Origin: Octopus sinensis
Lineage: Eukaryota
Assembly: GCF_006345805.1 (NCBI RefSeq)
Contig: NC_043009.1
Location: 45,942,001 to 46,006,000 of the forward strand
Length of the DNA stretch: 64,000 nucleotides
Direction: 5' to 3'
The translations under genes were made by a program, and so were the position numbers. Position 1 is the stretch's first letter. Every line of letters begins with the position of its first letter. The notes under the pieces were generated by a model, which ran no database searches, was not told the origin of the DNA, and saw only the letters and a list, made by a program, of their open reading frames with translations. Shown one piece after another: positions 38,620 to 52,665 of this stretch.

Positions 38620-39270
38620 AACTGAGTAGAATCGATAGCACGCCGGCCAAAATGCTTAGCGGCACTTCGTCCGTCTTTTCGTTCTGAGTTCAAATGCCGC
38701 CGACGCCAACTTTGCTTTTCATCTTTTCGTGAGTCGATAAATTAAGTACCAGTTTAGAGCTGGGATCGATGTAACTGACTTCCTCTTTCTTCTGAAATTG
38801 CCAGCCTTGGTTTAAGCCGGTGAGCTGGCAGAATCGTTATCATGCCGAGCAAAATGCTTAGCGACACTTCGTCCATCTTCGCATTCTGAGTTCCTTTCGG
38901 GGTCGATAAATTAAGTACCAGTTACGCACTGGGGTCGATGTAATCGACTTAATCTGTTTGTCTGTCCTTGTTTGTGCCCTTTGTATTTAGCCCCTTGTGG
39001 GTAGTAAAGAAATAGGTATTACCTCTGGCTCTTTATGTTTTGGGCGGCGAGCTGGCAGAAGCGTTAGCACACCGGGCGAAATGCTTAGCGGTATTTCGTC
39101 TGCCGCTACGACCGAAGTTCAAATCCCGCCGAGGTCGACTATGCCTTTCATCCTTTCGCGGTCGATAAAATAAGTACCAGTTACGCACTGGGGTCGATGC
39201 AATCGACTTAATCTCTTTGTCCTTGTTTGTCACCTCTATGTTTAGCCCACTGTCGGCAATAAAGAAATAT
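38620..39270 (+). mobile_element. Three tandem SINE family C copies
   Basis: Repeated gcagaatcgttagcac...aaatgcttagcg...gtcgataaattaagtaccag units starting near 38620, 38815 and 39042. Confidence 0.88.
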
Positions 39271-42200
39271 ATGTTCTGGGCTCAAATTCCACTGAAGTCA
39301 ACTTCACTTTTCCTAATTAGTTGATTAAAAAAAGCCCCTGAGCCCGATGTAATCAACTAAAACTCCATCTCCCAAATCCTGCATTGGAACCAAAGTTTGA
39401 AGCTATTATTATTGTTGTTGTTCTTATTATTTTGTTGCTATGATACTATGAGTCAGATATATTTTGCTTTGTTCATAACATCTCGAATTTTGCTATGTGC
39501 AAAAGAAAAAGATACATGTATATAGTGAGCTTCTGCACAACGTGGTAAGAATTCATCTATCTGTATTATTTTCACCGTTTGGGAAAATGAATTCAATTTG
39601 AGAAGTATAAATTTCTTCATATCACTGAAAATTAAAACTATGGCTATGTAGGAACGTACCTTTTATGTTGGTCGAACAGAAACCATATTTCTAAGGACTG
39701 CAAATAGAAATGGGAGAACTAATTTAACAGAAGACATACAAATCTCATTCAGAATACAGTGATTTTATATCAGAAAATTACTATAGTTTTAACAATTTAA
39801 ACAATATGATTCAGATAGTAACAACAACGGCAATACCACATACACACGCTTTCCTTGTGAGGTAGAACTGCAAAACACAAAGGATGCATGTATACTTCAG
39901 TCGAATATAAAACAAAAAGGGATGTCTTGAGCCCACATCCATTGAGGCCAAGGCTTGGAGCGATTTGGAGTACAAGACTGTGTTGGAACGATTTGGGGTA
40001 CAATACTACTCCATGAATGGTACGCCGATCCCTTTCAGTACTAGCCTGTTGGAATAACTGGGAAGAAAGTATCTTATTGAAAGATACAAAACAGTGTCCG
40101 ATGCGAGAATCGAGCCCGTGAACTTACGATTGAGATCCTAAAAGCCGTCCTTTCAGTCCTCCACCTTTACTCGTATAACACATGAATTACGAAAAGGGGA
40201 TTAACGACAAAACTGATCCATGATTCTTTGTCGTATTCGTGGAGATGTATGGGTAAGTGATAAGCGCTGGGGTAATGAGGGATGCTGTATTGTCGGATCG
40301 ATTCCGTATGAATATACAAGTGTTGATGAGGCTCTGAAGTCCATAAATCTATTCCGGAAATGAGTTCTGTCTTGGGTACAGAAAGAAAATCCATGCGAAT
40401 TGTGGCAGAGACACTAGTGGTTATATGTATGGTAATATATGAAACTGGAGGGATATCTGCCGGGGTGACGCCGACTCAGAGCAGAAGTTAACTGCAGAAA
40501 CAGCAACAGCAGCACCACCACCACCACCACCAACAACGACAACAAAAATAGGCAATAAAAGTGGTTATTTTCAGATCTTTAATCCCAAGTACCAATGAAC
40601 GGAGACCTCCTTCCCTTTCATATCCATAGCTTCTATCCTGTCGTTTTGCAACGACGGGAGAGGAAACGGGACATGAACAAGGGTGAAAGACTGCAGAGAA
40701 CAGTGGACACGAAAGAACCCACAAAAAGATTAAAAGACATATAGATCAAATGAATAGAGATCAAATCCTCCTCTAGAAGAGATCAAGATCTGGGAGCCAA
40801 ACTTTTCTAAGAAAATCACATATTTTATAGATCGATAAAAAGAAAAAATACCAGATAATATCAACTAAACCTCCCCAGCCTAAATTGGTGGCCTTGTACT
40901 AAATTAGAAATGATCATTATTACTATTAAAACATATTATATAGATTTATTTCTGACCTCTTAGTCAATGTTGAGACAACAGATAATATAGTTTCTTACCA
41001 TAATAGACTGCTATTCTGCTTACATACCGAAACCACAGAAACCCCGCACTTAAATTCCCTGTCGCAAGGTGAAACCACCACATAATTAATTAGAAAAAAA
41101 CATTAATTTGTTTTATATGTTATTATCTATAAATATTACAGTTCCTTCAAAAATATTAGCTTCATAATCTATTAATTTGCTCCCTTTACTCGGAGATGAA
41201 AAGCTTATTTAAAAACGATTGTGAGAAATGAAAAGAAAACTGCAATGACGATAACTTTCATAAAGATGTGAACGCATAATGTTAAAGTAATAGCTTTATA
41301 TATATTTTCACTGACACTGAATAATACCAGTTAGTCTCACTTGTAAAGAATCCGCTAAATATCTCTCATTCATTGATGCTTATTGATATATGACTTTGTT
41401 GTTTGATTTTTTTGTTTTCAAATTCCTTTAGCATAGTCAACAGGCTATTAACAACCAACCAGACTACTCCAAAATAAGGTCATATCGAGAGATTTATTGA
41501 TTCATCTACTGCAACCAGCAAATAGTATTAAGAGTGTCCTTCGTTCTCTGGTGTCCATTCGAATTATTTGAATTATCAATCACCATAGATTCTAATTGAT
41601 GGTAATATTGATTACCAATATATATCCAACTTAGTAACTACGTCTGAGGATCACATACCGACTTCATCCGAATAATTTATCTTGCAACAACATTTTACTT
41701 CCTATTGAATGCTAAATCCATTGAATCGAAGTCACGAAATCAGTTTGGTGACGAACTGTCGGCATTCAAATTAGAAAATGTTTGAATGTATGATGCAGAA
41801 TAGCGTTAATTTTCACAGAAAATGACTCATATCTAGCCGACCCGATATACTGAAATATATATTCTTGTATGAAGTGCAAAAGGTGAACATTTTAGTGATG
41901 TTTTCTTGCTGCCATTGTATATTTTTTATATGTAATTTAGTTTTAAATTAATAACAATGAAACATTATCCCAAACTGAAGTCGAGCTGACTAACTTGATT
42001 AAAAATTACTTTATGACACTTATATTCATTTCCAAACTCTAATATATATTACATGAAAGCCTGGAATACGAAATGGCATCGATTAGGGGTTATTGTTTTT
42101 ATCTTGAATGTAAATAGTTTTCTTCTTTTTTTTTCCTTTCAAATACTATTCCAGGACTTTCCTGAGCCTTTCATTTCAGTTCATGAATATATATCAAGCT

Positions 42201-42460
42201 TTTATGCGCCAGATTTTTCTACAGCAATACTATGAAAGACCTTCACTATAAGTAAATACTAGGCAGAAGTTGACTACTATACATGGCAAAACGAATATGT
42301 TAGATAGAGAATGAGGTTGTAATAAAACCACTAGGAGTGATAGAAACCCTAGTTCCTATATGTAGTTGTGTGTGTATGTGTGTGCGTTTCAGTGTGCTTG
42401 TATGTGTGTTTGTGTATGCGTCTGTTTGCACACGTTTATATCAGATTATGAACGAATGCG

Positions 42461-42940
42461 TGTAACATTGGTGTTACGTCTTTTCCCAGCAAGTAGGGTC
42501 AGATACGGCTCTTAGCAATGTCATACCAGTGCTATGTTGACAAATAAACAGCATATGTACGTACGTTTGTCTTGAGCTGGATGTGAGTAGTCGGTTTGCA
42601 TGTCATGGGACCCTGCGGATCAAAGAAATGAGCAGAAGAACCATGAAGAACGTAGAAACAGCTGAGAAAGCATCTAGATGGCTTTGGTTCAAAAGGTGAT
42701 TGGTGAGAGGTTTGTTGAATGTCACTTCGACACAGGCCTTGGGCTGGTCAACATAAGTGGGGGTTTCCCTAATGAGGTTGTATGATGTGAGACCCCTCTA
42801 ACTCCAGGCTACAAAGCTGACGATGTGTTGAAGTATTGTAACTGTAGATATATTTGAAAATATTAATAAATGTCTTAATTGGAATACCTGTGTTAGGACA
42901 TACTCCTTCTCATCCTATTTTCCTCTCATAGAAAGTTATA
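42461..42940 (+). mobile_element. Possible solo LTR
   Basis: TGTAAC...GTTATA ends, GC-richer interior, AATAAA near 42865. No TSD seen. Confidence 0.25.
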
Positions 42941-43028
42941 GGTTTGAAACAAGGGATCATGAATGTTTCAAATATGACCTTGACGTTCTAACTCTGCTAC
43001 AAGTGGAAATAGATATTCAATAATATAT

Positions 43029-43408
43029 GCGCAGGCGTGGCTATGTAATAAGAAGCTTGCTTCCCAACCACATGGTTCCGGGTTTAGTCCCACTGCGTAG
43101 CACCTCAGACAAGTGTCCACTATTGTAGCCTCGGGCCGACCAAAGCCTTGTGAGTGGATTTGGTAGGCGTAAACTGAAAGAAGCTTCTCGTATATGTGTG
43201 TGGGTGTGTTTGTCTACCACTACCGCTTGACAACCGGTGTTGGTATGTTTACGTCCCAGTAACTTAGCATTTAGGCAAAGGAGATCGATAGAAAGGCAAG
43301 CTTAAAAAAATAAGTACTAGGGGCCAATACATTCGACTAAAAAATTTTCAATGCGGTGTCCCAGCATGGCCACAGTCTAATGACTGAAACACGTAAAAGA
43401 TTAAAGAA
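43029..43408 (+). mobile_element. SINE family A, full length
   Basis: gcgcaggcgtggctatgt head through tgactgaaacacgtaaaaga tail. Confidence 0.88.
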
Positions 43409-44897
43409 AAATACATGATAACGTTGAAACCGTTGAGAGAATAGTGAAGGACGGTTCATACAATAACACAGATGTAGACATTGTATGGACGTATGGTTAA
43501 GAAATGGTCAATGCAATAATGAGATCCTGGTTTCGATTCCACTGCGTGACATCTTGGGTAGGTGCCATTTTCTATAGCTTTGGCTCGATCCACACTTCGT
43601 AAGTGAAACTTGGTTGACGGAAAATATGTTGAAAAAAACCTTTCAGTGGATTGTACTATGGTTCAAGGAACCAGTCAAATCATATTGCGTCACGTTGATT
43701 GTGCTTGAAAGTTACATGAAAGATGAACAGTTTTATGGAATACTCAGCCACTTAAACGATAATTCAATGAATCCGGTACTTTAGTTGAACGACCAATTGA
43801 ACACACATGGTCGAAAACGCTGACCAAGATCCATCTAATATCGCAAAGACGTAAATATCGGCAACGGTGTCTCTGTATGTTAGGTACAGTAAATTCTGAT
43901 TTATATGCTTAATAAATTCGAGAGCAGAAATGCTTTAAGAATTTGATGGAAAGCTGTGTTACTTTTTCGATTTGGCGCTGATGGGATCTTCAGAAAACGG
44001 TAAAATTCATTTCAGCCTCTTCGCCGCCGCTGTCGTCGTCGTTATCATTGTCATTCAGAGAAAGGTTCTCTTCTTCCCCACTTTTTTTGTTTATTGTTGC
44101 GAAGAAACAATATTCGCCCACTTTACGGTAGTTAGATGTGCCACTTATTCATATCGTTTGTATCATTGAAAGTTATCTGTTTTCGTTGGAATCAATGCTA
44201 CTAACTACAATTAAAATATAAACATTGACACTTCAGGAGTGTCAAAGTTTATATTGGCCAACATTTGGGATAACCACTGGAAATGTAGTTTCACGATCAG
44301 TCATTGAATTCCTTTATCATACACCACAAATATCCTTGTGGAAGTTTATTCACGTTTCTTCCATTTCTGTCTTTCTTGCTAATTCTAGGGTTTGGTGTTG
44401 AAATGTTACTCCATGTATTGGAGCATAGAAAGAAATATTTCTAGATAAAAACTGATCCAGAGTATTAAGGCATGCATTTCACATTTGAAATCTCCTAAAT
44501 TGTACCTTTGCAATTTATTGATGGCAATAAATGTCGCATTTTATTGACAATAATTCAAACCCAACATTCTATCCCCATATCACTGACAGCCGTCTTTTCA
44601 ACGACACGTATTGGTTGTATTTTGTTGTTTTTATTGAGATTCTTAAATATTTTTCCATACACAAATATAGCTCCATCGCCTACGATATTCCGCAAAAAAA
44701 TTTATAATACGCAGGCATACATCCATACACATAAATTCATACACATATATGTATATAGACACACATACGTGTGTGTGTATGTATGATTGTATGTATGTAT
44801 GTGTGCAGGTATGCATGGATGCATGCATGCGTGTATGTATGTATATATGTATATTCAATGTATATTCACACACACACACACATAGATGCATATATAC

Positions 44898-44955
<58 letters not shown>

Positions 44956-45042
44956 ATATATATATATATGTATATATATGTATATATATACATATATATA
45001 TTACATATATATATATACATATATATATACACATATATATAT

Positions 45043-45090
<48 letters not shown>

Positions 45091-45404
45091 CACACACACA
45101 CATACAGTTATGCTTACGTGTGTGTATGTGCGTATATCTCAAATCACAACATTACGATGGTCTAGAGGTAAGCAACATCCTGAACGAAGACATCACTGGA
45201 TAAGAGAGAAGGGAAAACGATGGCAATAATTAATATAATGAAGATGAAGAGCGTAAAAGAGAAAAAGTGAAACACTCACGCAAGCTAGTCATACTTCTTG
45301 GCGTCAAAAGCTGTAAGGCTTTCCTTTCAAGTAGATAATTTATTTTACTAAATTATTTTGTCTAATTTCTTTTACGTTATTTCATTTTTCACATTAAGTT
45401 GTCG

Positions 45405-45770
45405 AGTTATGAGTTTAAATTCCGCCCAGGTCGACTTTGTCTTTCGCGGTCGACAAAATAAGAACTAGTTAAATACTGAGGTCTAGGCAACCGGTTTATC
45501 CCCCTCCCTTTGAAATTGCCGAGTTTGGGCCAAAATTTGAAACAGATATTCATGTGTCGAGCTGCAAGAATTGTTAGCTCACTGTATAAGATGCTTAGCG
45601 GCGTTTCTTTTGAATTTTACGTTCTGAGTTCAAATGCGGCCGAGATTGATTTGACTTTCATCATTTCGATAAAATAAATACCGTTGAAAATCGTGATTGG
45701 TATAATCGACTTATCTCCACCCCAACCCCCGAAATTGCTGGCCTTGTGCCAAAATTTGAAATCAATATTA
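45405..45770 (+). mobile_element. Two degenerate SINE C-related copies
   Basis: gagtttaaattccgcccaggtcgactttg and ttacgttctgagttcaaatgcggccgag; both end ccaaaatttgaaa. Confidence 0.7.
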
Positions 45771-46024
45771 AGACTTGTTCTGGTTATTTTCATTCTCAGA
45801 TATAACAAAAAAAGCAACAATTTAAATAATTAACCTGAAATTTCCTGAAAAATAGCGAATAATCACGCACATTCATTAAAGCTTTCTTCCATTGTCCTTT
45901 CCGTTTAGTCATAAAATATCTCATTTTACATGTTTTCCTTCAGAAATTCTAAAGTAACTTTTTCCCTTCAGTAATTTTTTCCATTCAGGTGCCGCATCCG
46001 CGATGCTGCACTGGGTGAAAGGTA

Positions 46025-46424
46025 TCTTTTTACTTGTTTCAGTCATTTGACTGCGGCCATGCTGGAGTACCGCCTATAGTCGAGCAAATCGACCCCGGGA
46101 CTTATTCTTTGTAAGCCCAGTACTTATTCTATCGGTATCTTTTGCCGAACCGCTAAGTAACGGGGACGTAAACACACCAGCATCGGTTGTCAAGCAATGC
46201 TAGGGGGACAAACACAGACACACAAACACACACGCATGCATATATATATATACATATATACGACAGGCTCCTTTCAGTTTCCGACTACCAAATCCACTCA
46301 AAAGGCATTGGTTGGCCCGGGGCTATAGCAGAAGACACTTGCCCAAAATGCCACGCAGTGGGACTGAACCCGGAACCATGTGGTTGGTTAGCAAGCTACT
46401 TACCACACAGCCACTCCTGTGCCT
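46025..46424 (-). mobile_element. SINE family A, full length
   Basis: Highly similar to 4465-4869. Confidence 0.9.
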
Positions 46425-46539
46425 ATAAAGACCAAAACATTGTTTATGTAACCGTTAGGACTATTCAGGTCACTAAAACAATTCGCGGAGACATTGTACA
46501 CTTTAGCAATTCATATTCACTAGCGAGTGACGTATCTGT

Positions 46540-46746
46540 TACTTCTCACTCGTTTCAGTCGTTAGACTGCGGCCATGCTGGGGCACGGCCTAACTAATCG
46601 ACCCCAGTAATTAGTCTTTTTAAGCTGGATTTATTCTATCAATGTGTTTTGTCAAACCGCTAAGCTACGCGGACGTAAACACACCGACACCGATTGTCAA
46701 GAGCTGGTGGGAAACAAACACAGACACAAACACACACACACATGTA

Positions 46747-46802
<56 letters not shown>

Positions 46803-46955
46803 GACGGGCTCCTTTCAGTTTCCGTCTAACAAATCCATTCATAAGGATTTGGTCGGCCCGAGGGTATAGTAGCAGACACCTGCCCAAGGTGTTATGCAAT
46901 GGAACTAAACCTTGGACCATATGGTTGGGAAGCAAGCTTCTTACCACACAGCCAT
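46540..46955 (-). mobile_element. SINE family A
   Basis: Second tandem minus copy with an expanded internal (TA)n. Confidence 0.85.
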
Positions 46956-47069
46956 ACCCACACATACACATACATACAAACATACATACAAACATACATA
47001 TACAAACATATATATATGAACCTATACTCTCTCTCTCTCTCACACACAAACAGACACACACGTATGTAT

Positions 47070-47242
47070 AAACGATGGATTGCATATTGATTCTTAATAC
47101 GCTCAGGCAGATTTGAATGTAAATATGCTAATCACTGTTGTGTTTCGTCACTGGAGAATAAATTCTCCACAAAACAGCGATTAGCAAATTCGCGTTCGAG
47201 TCTTCCGGAACGTGTTAAGAATGAATATGCAATTCATTGTTT
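47070..47242. repeat. Long imperfect inverted repeat (foldback)
   Basis: Arms of about 74 bp, aaacgatggattgcatattgattcttaa... / ...ttaagaatgaatatgcaattcattgttt. Inner hairpin tggagaat-aa-attctcca. Confidence 0.85.
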
Positions 47243-47639
47243 TGATTCTCGCTGCTCACCGTACACGTGATGCTTTATTATATGCATAACATTGTATATA
47301 TATGCGTGTGTGTGAGAGAGTGTACACAATGTGTGTATTAGATCATACATGAATAAACGTGCAAACACCTATACAGACACTCGTATATATGTGCATATCA
47401 CGTGTGTAACATAGATAAATAGTTTCAAAATTTAATTTTTTTCCCTTGTAATCTAATTTCGTTTTCTTTATTGTTGCTTCTGGGAAATAACATCGCTTTA
47501 TCTAATTTTGCTGTTTTAATCGATGTCGGCATTGTTCGTTAACCTCATTCAAATTACCACCACCATTCTCATTGTCACTATCATTCTATTCCCTCCCCTT
47601 GCTCTTTCCCACGACATCTTTTTCTTTATATTCTTCTCC

Positions 47640-47990
47640 TCCTCAGCACCATCATTATCATCATCATCATCATCACCATCATGATCGACGTGATAGTGTG
47701 ATCATCATTATCATTGTTGTCACCTTTGTCACAATCAGTCTCATCACAATCTTTATCATGATGATCGTCGTCGACATCATCATCCTCCTCCCCTCCTCCT
47801 CATTCCTCATCATCATCATCATCACCGCCACCACTACCACCCCCAGCGTCGTCATCATCATCCTCGTCATCATCATCAGCTACTTCGTTGTCGTCTTCGA
47901 CGTCATTGTCGTCGTTTTCCTCCTCCCCTCTTCCCCCTTCCGTCTCCTGCTCCCGCACCTCCTCATGCTCATCCTTTTCGTTTTACTTCT
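47640..47990. repeat. Degenerate (CAT/CGT/CCT)n low-complexity tract
   Basis: Direct reading; a similar tract lies at 750-910. Confidence 0.85.
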
Positions 47991-48454
47991 GAACGAATAC
48001 CCTTTCTCGTTATTTTTCGTTTCGTTCGTTCGTTCCTTCCCTTTCTTCGTTTTATATTCCTATCCCACTGGTTTACATCAAAAGCTCATTGTTTTCTAAT
48101 TTAAAATACAATCAGTTGTTGTGGAATATCTTTCCATTATCATTTGTTCAATAGAACTTTTCGGTCGTTTCAAGCTTTTTGTGTATAATTTTGGTGGGAT
48201 GTTGGGTGGTAGGGCGATGGGGGAAGCGAGGTGGTGGGGTAGTGGAGTGGTTTGTTTTTTCAATCTTTTCAAAACTACATTCAATGATTTATTTTTACTT
48301 TTAACTCATTTCATGGAGCGTTTTAAAAAAATCTAATTAAAGTTTTTAAATTTCAAAACAATAAAACCAACTATAAAAATAAACCAAATATAAATATGTG
48401 AATGTATGTGTGTATGCATGTATATACATGCATATATAAATTCGTAAAAATCTA

Positions 48455-48501
<47 letters not shown>

Positions 48502-48567
48502 TATATGCATTTATATATACATATATATATACTTATATATTCATACATATATATATACATACATACC

Positions 48568-48680
<113 letters not shown>

Positions 48681-49101
48681 TTGTGTATATGCATATACGA
48701 GCATAAGGAAACACACGTACATAGGCCTTTTTGACACACATACACACACACGCACACGCACGTACACACACACTCAAAGTTAAATATACTTCGGCTTCAA
48801 ATTATGGCTGTTTTTCTTCTAAAATTTTCTTTCACAAAGACTAATATTTCTTTACATGCAAACCAAACAATAATTATTTGTCTTTAAATATCATTTCTCT
48901 GTTTTATTCCAAGATAAACTCCTTATAATATATAACTTATTCACCAATATCTTTCAATTTTTGTTTCTCTATCTTCCTTTACAAATATACAATTTTTCTT
49001 TATTTCCCACTTCCGCAGTGTTTTACTCTCTTTCTCTCTCAATGCCTCACACCCTCTCTCTCGCTCTGTCTGATTTTCATCGCTTCTCGCTCCTCCCCTT
49101 C

Positions 49102-49136
<35 letters not shown>

Positions 49137-50325
49137 CTCTCTTTCTCTCTCATACACACACACTCATATATACACACATATGCTCACACGAATTCATAAA
49201 GTGACTCTCAGTGGATTAAAAATATCAGAAGTGATTTGTCTTTGAAAGTAAACTTGGGATCATGAAAAGAATCTATGACTTCAATTGGTGTTTGACTGTA
49301 AAATGAAAAACGGGTGGGATAGCTCGACTGTGATCGTATTTATTTACGAATGTTTTAAGGATATGGCTTCAACAACTGTTTTATAATACATACATACATA
49401 TGACTAAAGATAGATATTTAGAGATTCATATAGAAATAGATACACAGGTGCATATAGGGATAGGCACATACTATCATAGACAGATATATACATAGAGCGA
49501 TAGATATAAAAGGAGAGATAGATACATGCATGCTGAGATAGATACACAGATCCAGAGAGACTTACACCCATAAAGAAATATACAAGCACACATATGGAGA
49601 TGCATACAACATATAGAGTGTTAAATACTGCTCAGTTTCTAACATTTATACGTACCTCTGTCATCTTCAACTAACTCTATTCGCCTTGTAGCTAAATTAG
49701 GAATCCTAAACTGTGCAGAATTATAAAGCGATCCACCCGTGAGCATCACGGCATCTTATATCAAGGATTGCATTGGTTCATGTATCATTTCTTACTTATG
49801 ATAACAGGATGTTATTTGGGGAGATCCCTATGCTATTTCTTGATGGACGTGGTAAATATAGTGTTTGGGGATGCAATCCTGCTGGGTTGATTTTAACACC
49901 AACACTGTGCAGAAGAAAGAACTTGGTGTTAATATTTCATAATGTCAAGTATGTTACAAACAGACTTATTTTCGTGACTACAAACGTAGAAGTGAAAAAT
50001 AGGCTACTAGATTTCGCAATGTTATCATTTTTTTTTTATTCACTTTTCATTTTGTTCTTCTTTTTCTTGAAGACATTGCCCACTGAAATAAATTCGCTCG
50101 GACCTAAGATTCGAAGTAATATATAGTACAGCAGGCACATCTTTCGTTAAACAGTGTCCTGTATTACATCTTTGAGCATATTAATAATAGAAGCTTTGGA
50201 AATTTAGCAATTGAGAGGCAAAAGATTGATAATAAATACATTAAGAAAATATTGCTGCCGGTTATATACAAGGAAATATGGTGTGTATGTGTAACAGATA
50301 TTCAAATGTCAAACATACACACACA

Positions 50326-50360
<35 letters not shown>

Positions 50361-50385
50361 CATATAATATATATATATACATTTA

Positions 50386-50449
<64 letters not shown>

Positions 50450-51382
50450 GTGTGTGTGTGTGTATATATACATATATATATACATACACATTTTGTATAT
50501 ACATATATACATATACAAACATACATACATACATATATATATATATATAGATACATACATAATATATATATATACATATATAAATTTTTGCGTGTGAATG
50601 AATATGTATGTATATATATATGTATATATATATATATTATATATATATATATATATATACATAGTCACATATGTGCAGGTGCGGGATGTATGTGTACAGA
50701 GACTAAGCAGAAGAGAAAAAGGAAAGAGCGAGACAGATTAATTAACTATAAAGTAATTAGATGAATTGTTTGAAGTTATCAGGCAAGTAATTAGACAATA
50801 TTGTTTGTATAATAACATTCATCAACTTTCATTCAGCTCAAAACATACTTAATGTTTGTCTAGATCTCTCTATTGACGATGAGAAAAATATGCTCTATCA
50901 CTTCACTGCTAATCTCACACAAACACACACACACACGCACACACACACACACATATATATATATATACGAGCACATTCGTATTAAATAGAGTACTCAATA
51001 AATTATGGAATATTTATAAATGTCTATATATGATGTGTACGTCTACGCAATTTAATGTTGTAAAGCTATATATGTGTGTGCGTCTCTGTGTGAAATATCA
51101 TTTATGACAAACTTCAGTCAGAAGCAAAAATAAATTATATCTATCTGTCAATCCATCTGTCAATACACACACACACTCAAACGCACATACACGCGCGGGC
51201 ATACATGCACATACAGATATATTTAAATATAATAGAATAATATTAGCATAGCCACCAGTTAGTTTAATACTACAAATATTTTAAATGACTAAAGTAGTTA
51301 TATTTGATGATTCCTATTGGGCAATCAGTTACTATAGATATGAAACTTTAGTCATCGTCTAAATAATAATAATAATAATGCA

Positions 51383-51484
51383 ATGTTGACCTCGGCGGAA
51401 TTTGAACTTAGAACGTAAATACAGACGAAATACCAAGAAGCATATCGCCCGGCGTGCTAACGATTCTGCCAGCTCACCGCCTTA
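51383..51484 (-). mobile_element. SINE family C 5' half
   Basis: ttgacctcggcggaatttgaac...gctaacgattctgccagctcaccgcctta. Confidence 0.8.
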
Positions 51485-51489
51485 TAGAC

Positions 51490-51580
51490 AATTGGCTGAA
51501 GTAGATTGAAATAGAATGCCCGGTAGAGCTCTTACAGAAAGTTTGTCTCTTAGGGACAGCAAGAATTATCAGGAGGGTTC
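51490..51580 (+). mobile_element. R4/Dong-like LINE, extreme ORF C-terminus followed by (TAA)n
   Basis: WLK*IEIECPVELLQKVCLLGTARIIRRV matches the LQK..LLGTARI.R.V motif after the restriction-like endonuclease domain. Confidence 0.75.
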
Positions 51581-51719
51581 ATAATAATAATAATAATGGT
51601 TTTAAATTTAGCCACAAGGGCAGGAGTTTTTTTTCCGGGGGGGATGGGTCGATGTATTTTTGTACCCTTATGTTACTTTGATGGCGTGCATTGCTCTCTC
51701 ACTCAATAATATTAATAAT

Positions 51720-51935
51720 GGCGTCAAAATTTGGCACAAGGCCAGAAATTTCGAGGGAGAGGAGTAAGTTGCTTATATCGACCCCAGTGTTCAACTGGTA
51801 ACATTTTCTTGACCCCGAAAGGATGAAAGGCAAAGTCGACCTTTGCAGAATTTGAACACAAAACGTAAAGTCGGAGGAAATGCCGCTAAGCATTTTGCCC
51901 GGCGGGATAATGATTCTGCCAACTTGCCGCGTTTA
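51720..51935 (-). mobile_element. SINE family C-related copy
   Basis: gaccccgaaaggatgaaaggcaaagtcgacc...ccgctaagcattttgcccggcg. Confidence 0.82.
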
Positions 51936-51951
51936 AAATAATAATAATAAT

Positions 51952-52009
<58 letters not shown>

Positions 52010-52057
52010 GCAATAATAATAATAATAGCAATAATAATAATAATAATAATATAGATA

Positions 52058-52663
52058 AGTGAATGTTTTAGTAGACAGCATAAGAGAATTAATTAGCTTT
52101 AGCATGAAGAAATGGAAAGTAGATCTCTACTCAGGTGACTCACTCTTAGGGAATGTTAATATCAAAAGAGGAATTTGTCAGGGGGATTCGTTGTCCCCTT
52201 TAATATTTGTGTTATGTTTGATCTCCCTCAGCTTAGTATTAAGGAAGGCAAAGCCAGGGTATCAGTTCAGAAATAGTATGGGAAAAATAAATCATTTGCT
52301 CTACATGGATGATCTGAAGTTTTGTAATAAGAATGAAAACGAGATAGATTCCTTAATACAGACTGCAAGACTCTTCAGCAAAGATATAGGCATCGACTTG
52401 GCTTAGATAAATGTGCAATATTAGTCATGAGAAGGGGACATGTAATCAACAGCGAAGGCATCAAATTACCTGATGGCCAGACATTAAAACTATTGTTCTA
52501 AGTATCTGGGAGTATTAGAATCTGACAGAGTACTAACTATAGAAATGAAAAGGAAAATTGAGAAGGGTGGGGAAGATAATGAAGTCAAAGCTAAATGGCT
52601 CGAATCTAGTGAAGGCTGGAAATACTTGAGCAGTATCATTGCTTAGATACTCAACGGCTTTTG
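52058..52663 (+). pseudogene. R4/Dong-like non-LTR reverse transcriptase fragment
   Basis: IKRGICQGDSLSPLIFVLCL...INHLLYMDDLKF...FSKDIG, then DKCA...KYLGVLE...KSKLNGSNLV with frameshifts. Begins right after (TAA)n. Confidence 0.9.
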
Positions 52664-52665
52664 TA

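Noticed and set aside
38620-39270. CRISPR-like repeat/spacer array
   Set aside because: The units are SINE copies of about 200 bp in eukaryotic DNA; there are no short constant repeats with unique spacers and no cas genes.
42154-42235. Strong pyrimidine tract and AG followed by DFPEPFISVHEY...
   Set aside because: Short frame, no homology and no supporting donor; cannot be distinguished from chance.
47572-48099. 175-aa hydrophobic, His-rich ORF resembling a membrane protein (also 728-949)
   Set aside because: Derived from degenerate (CAT/CGT/CCT)n; no splice signals or domain.
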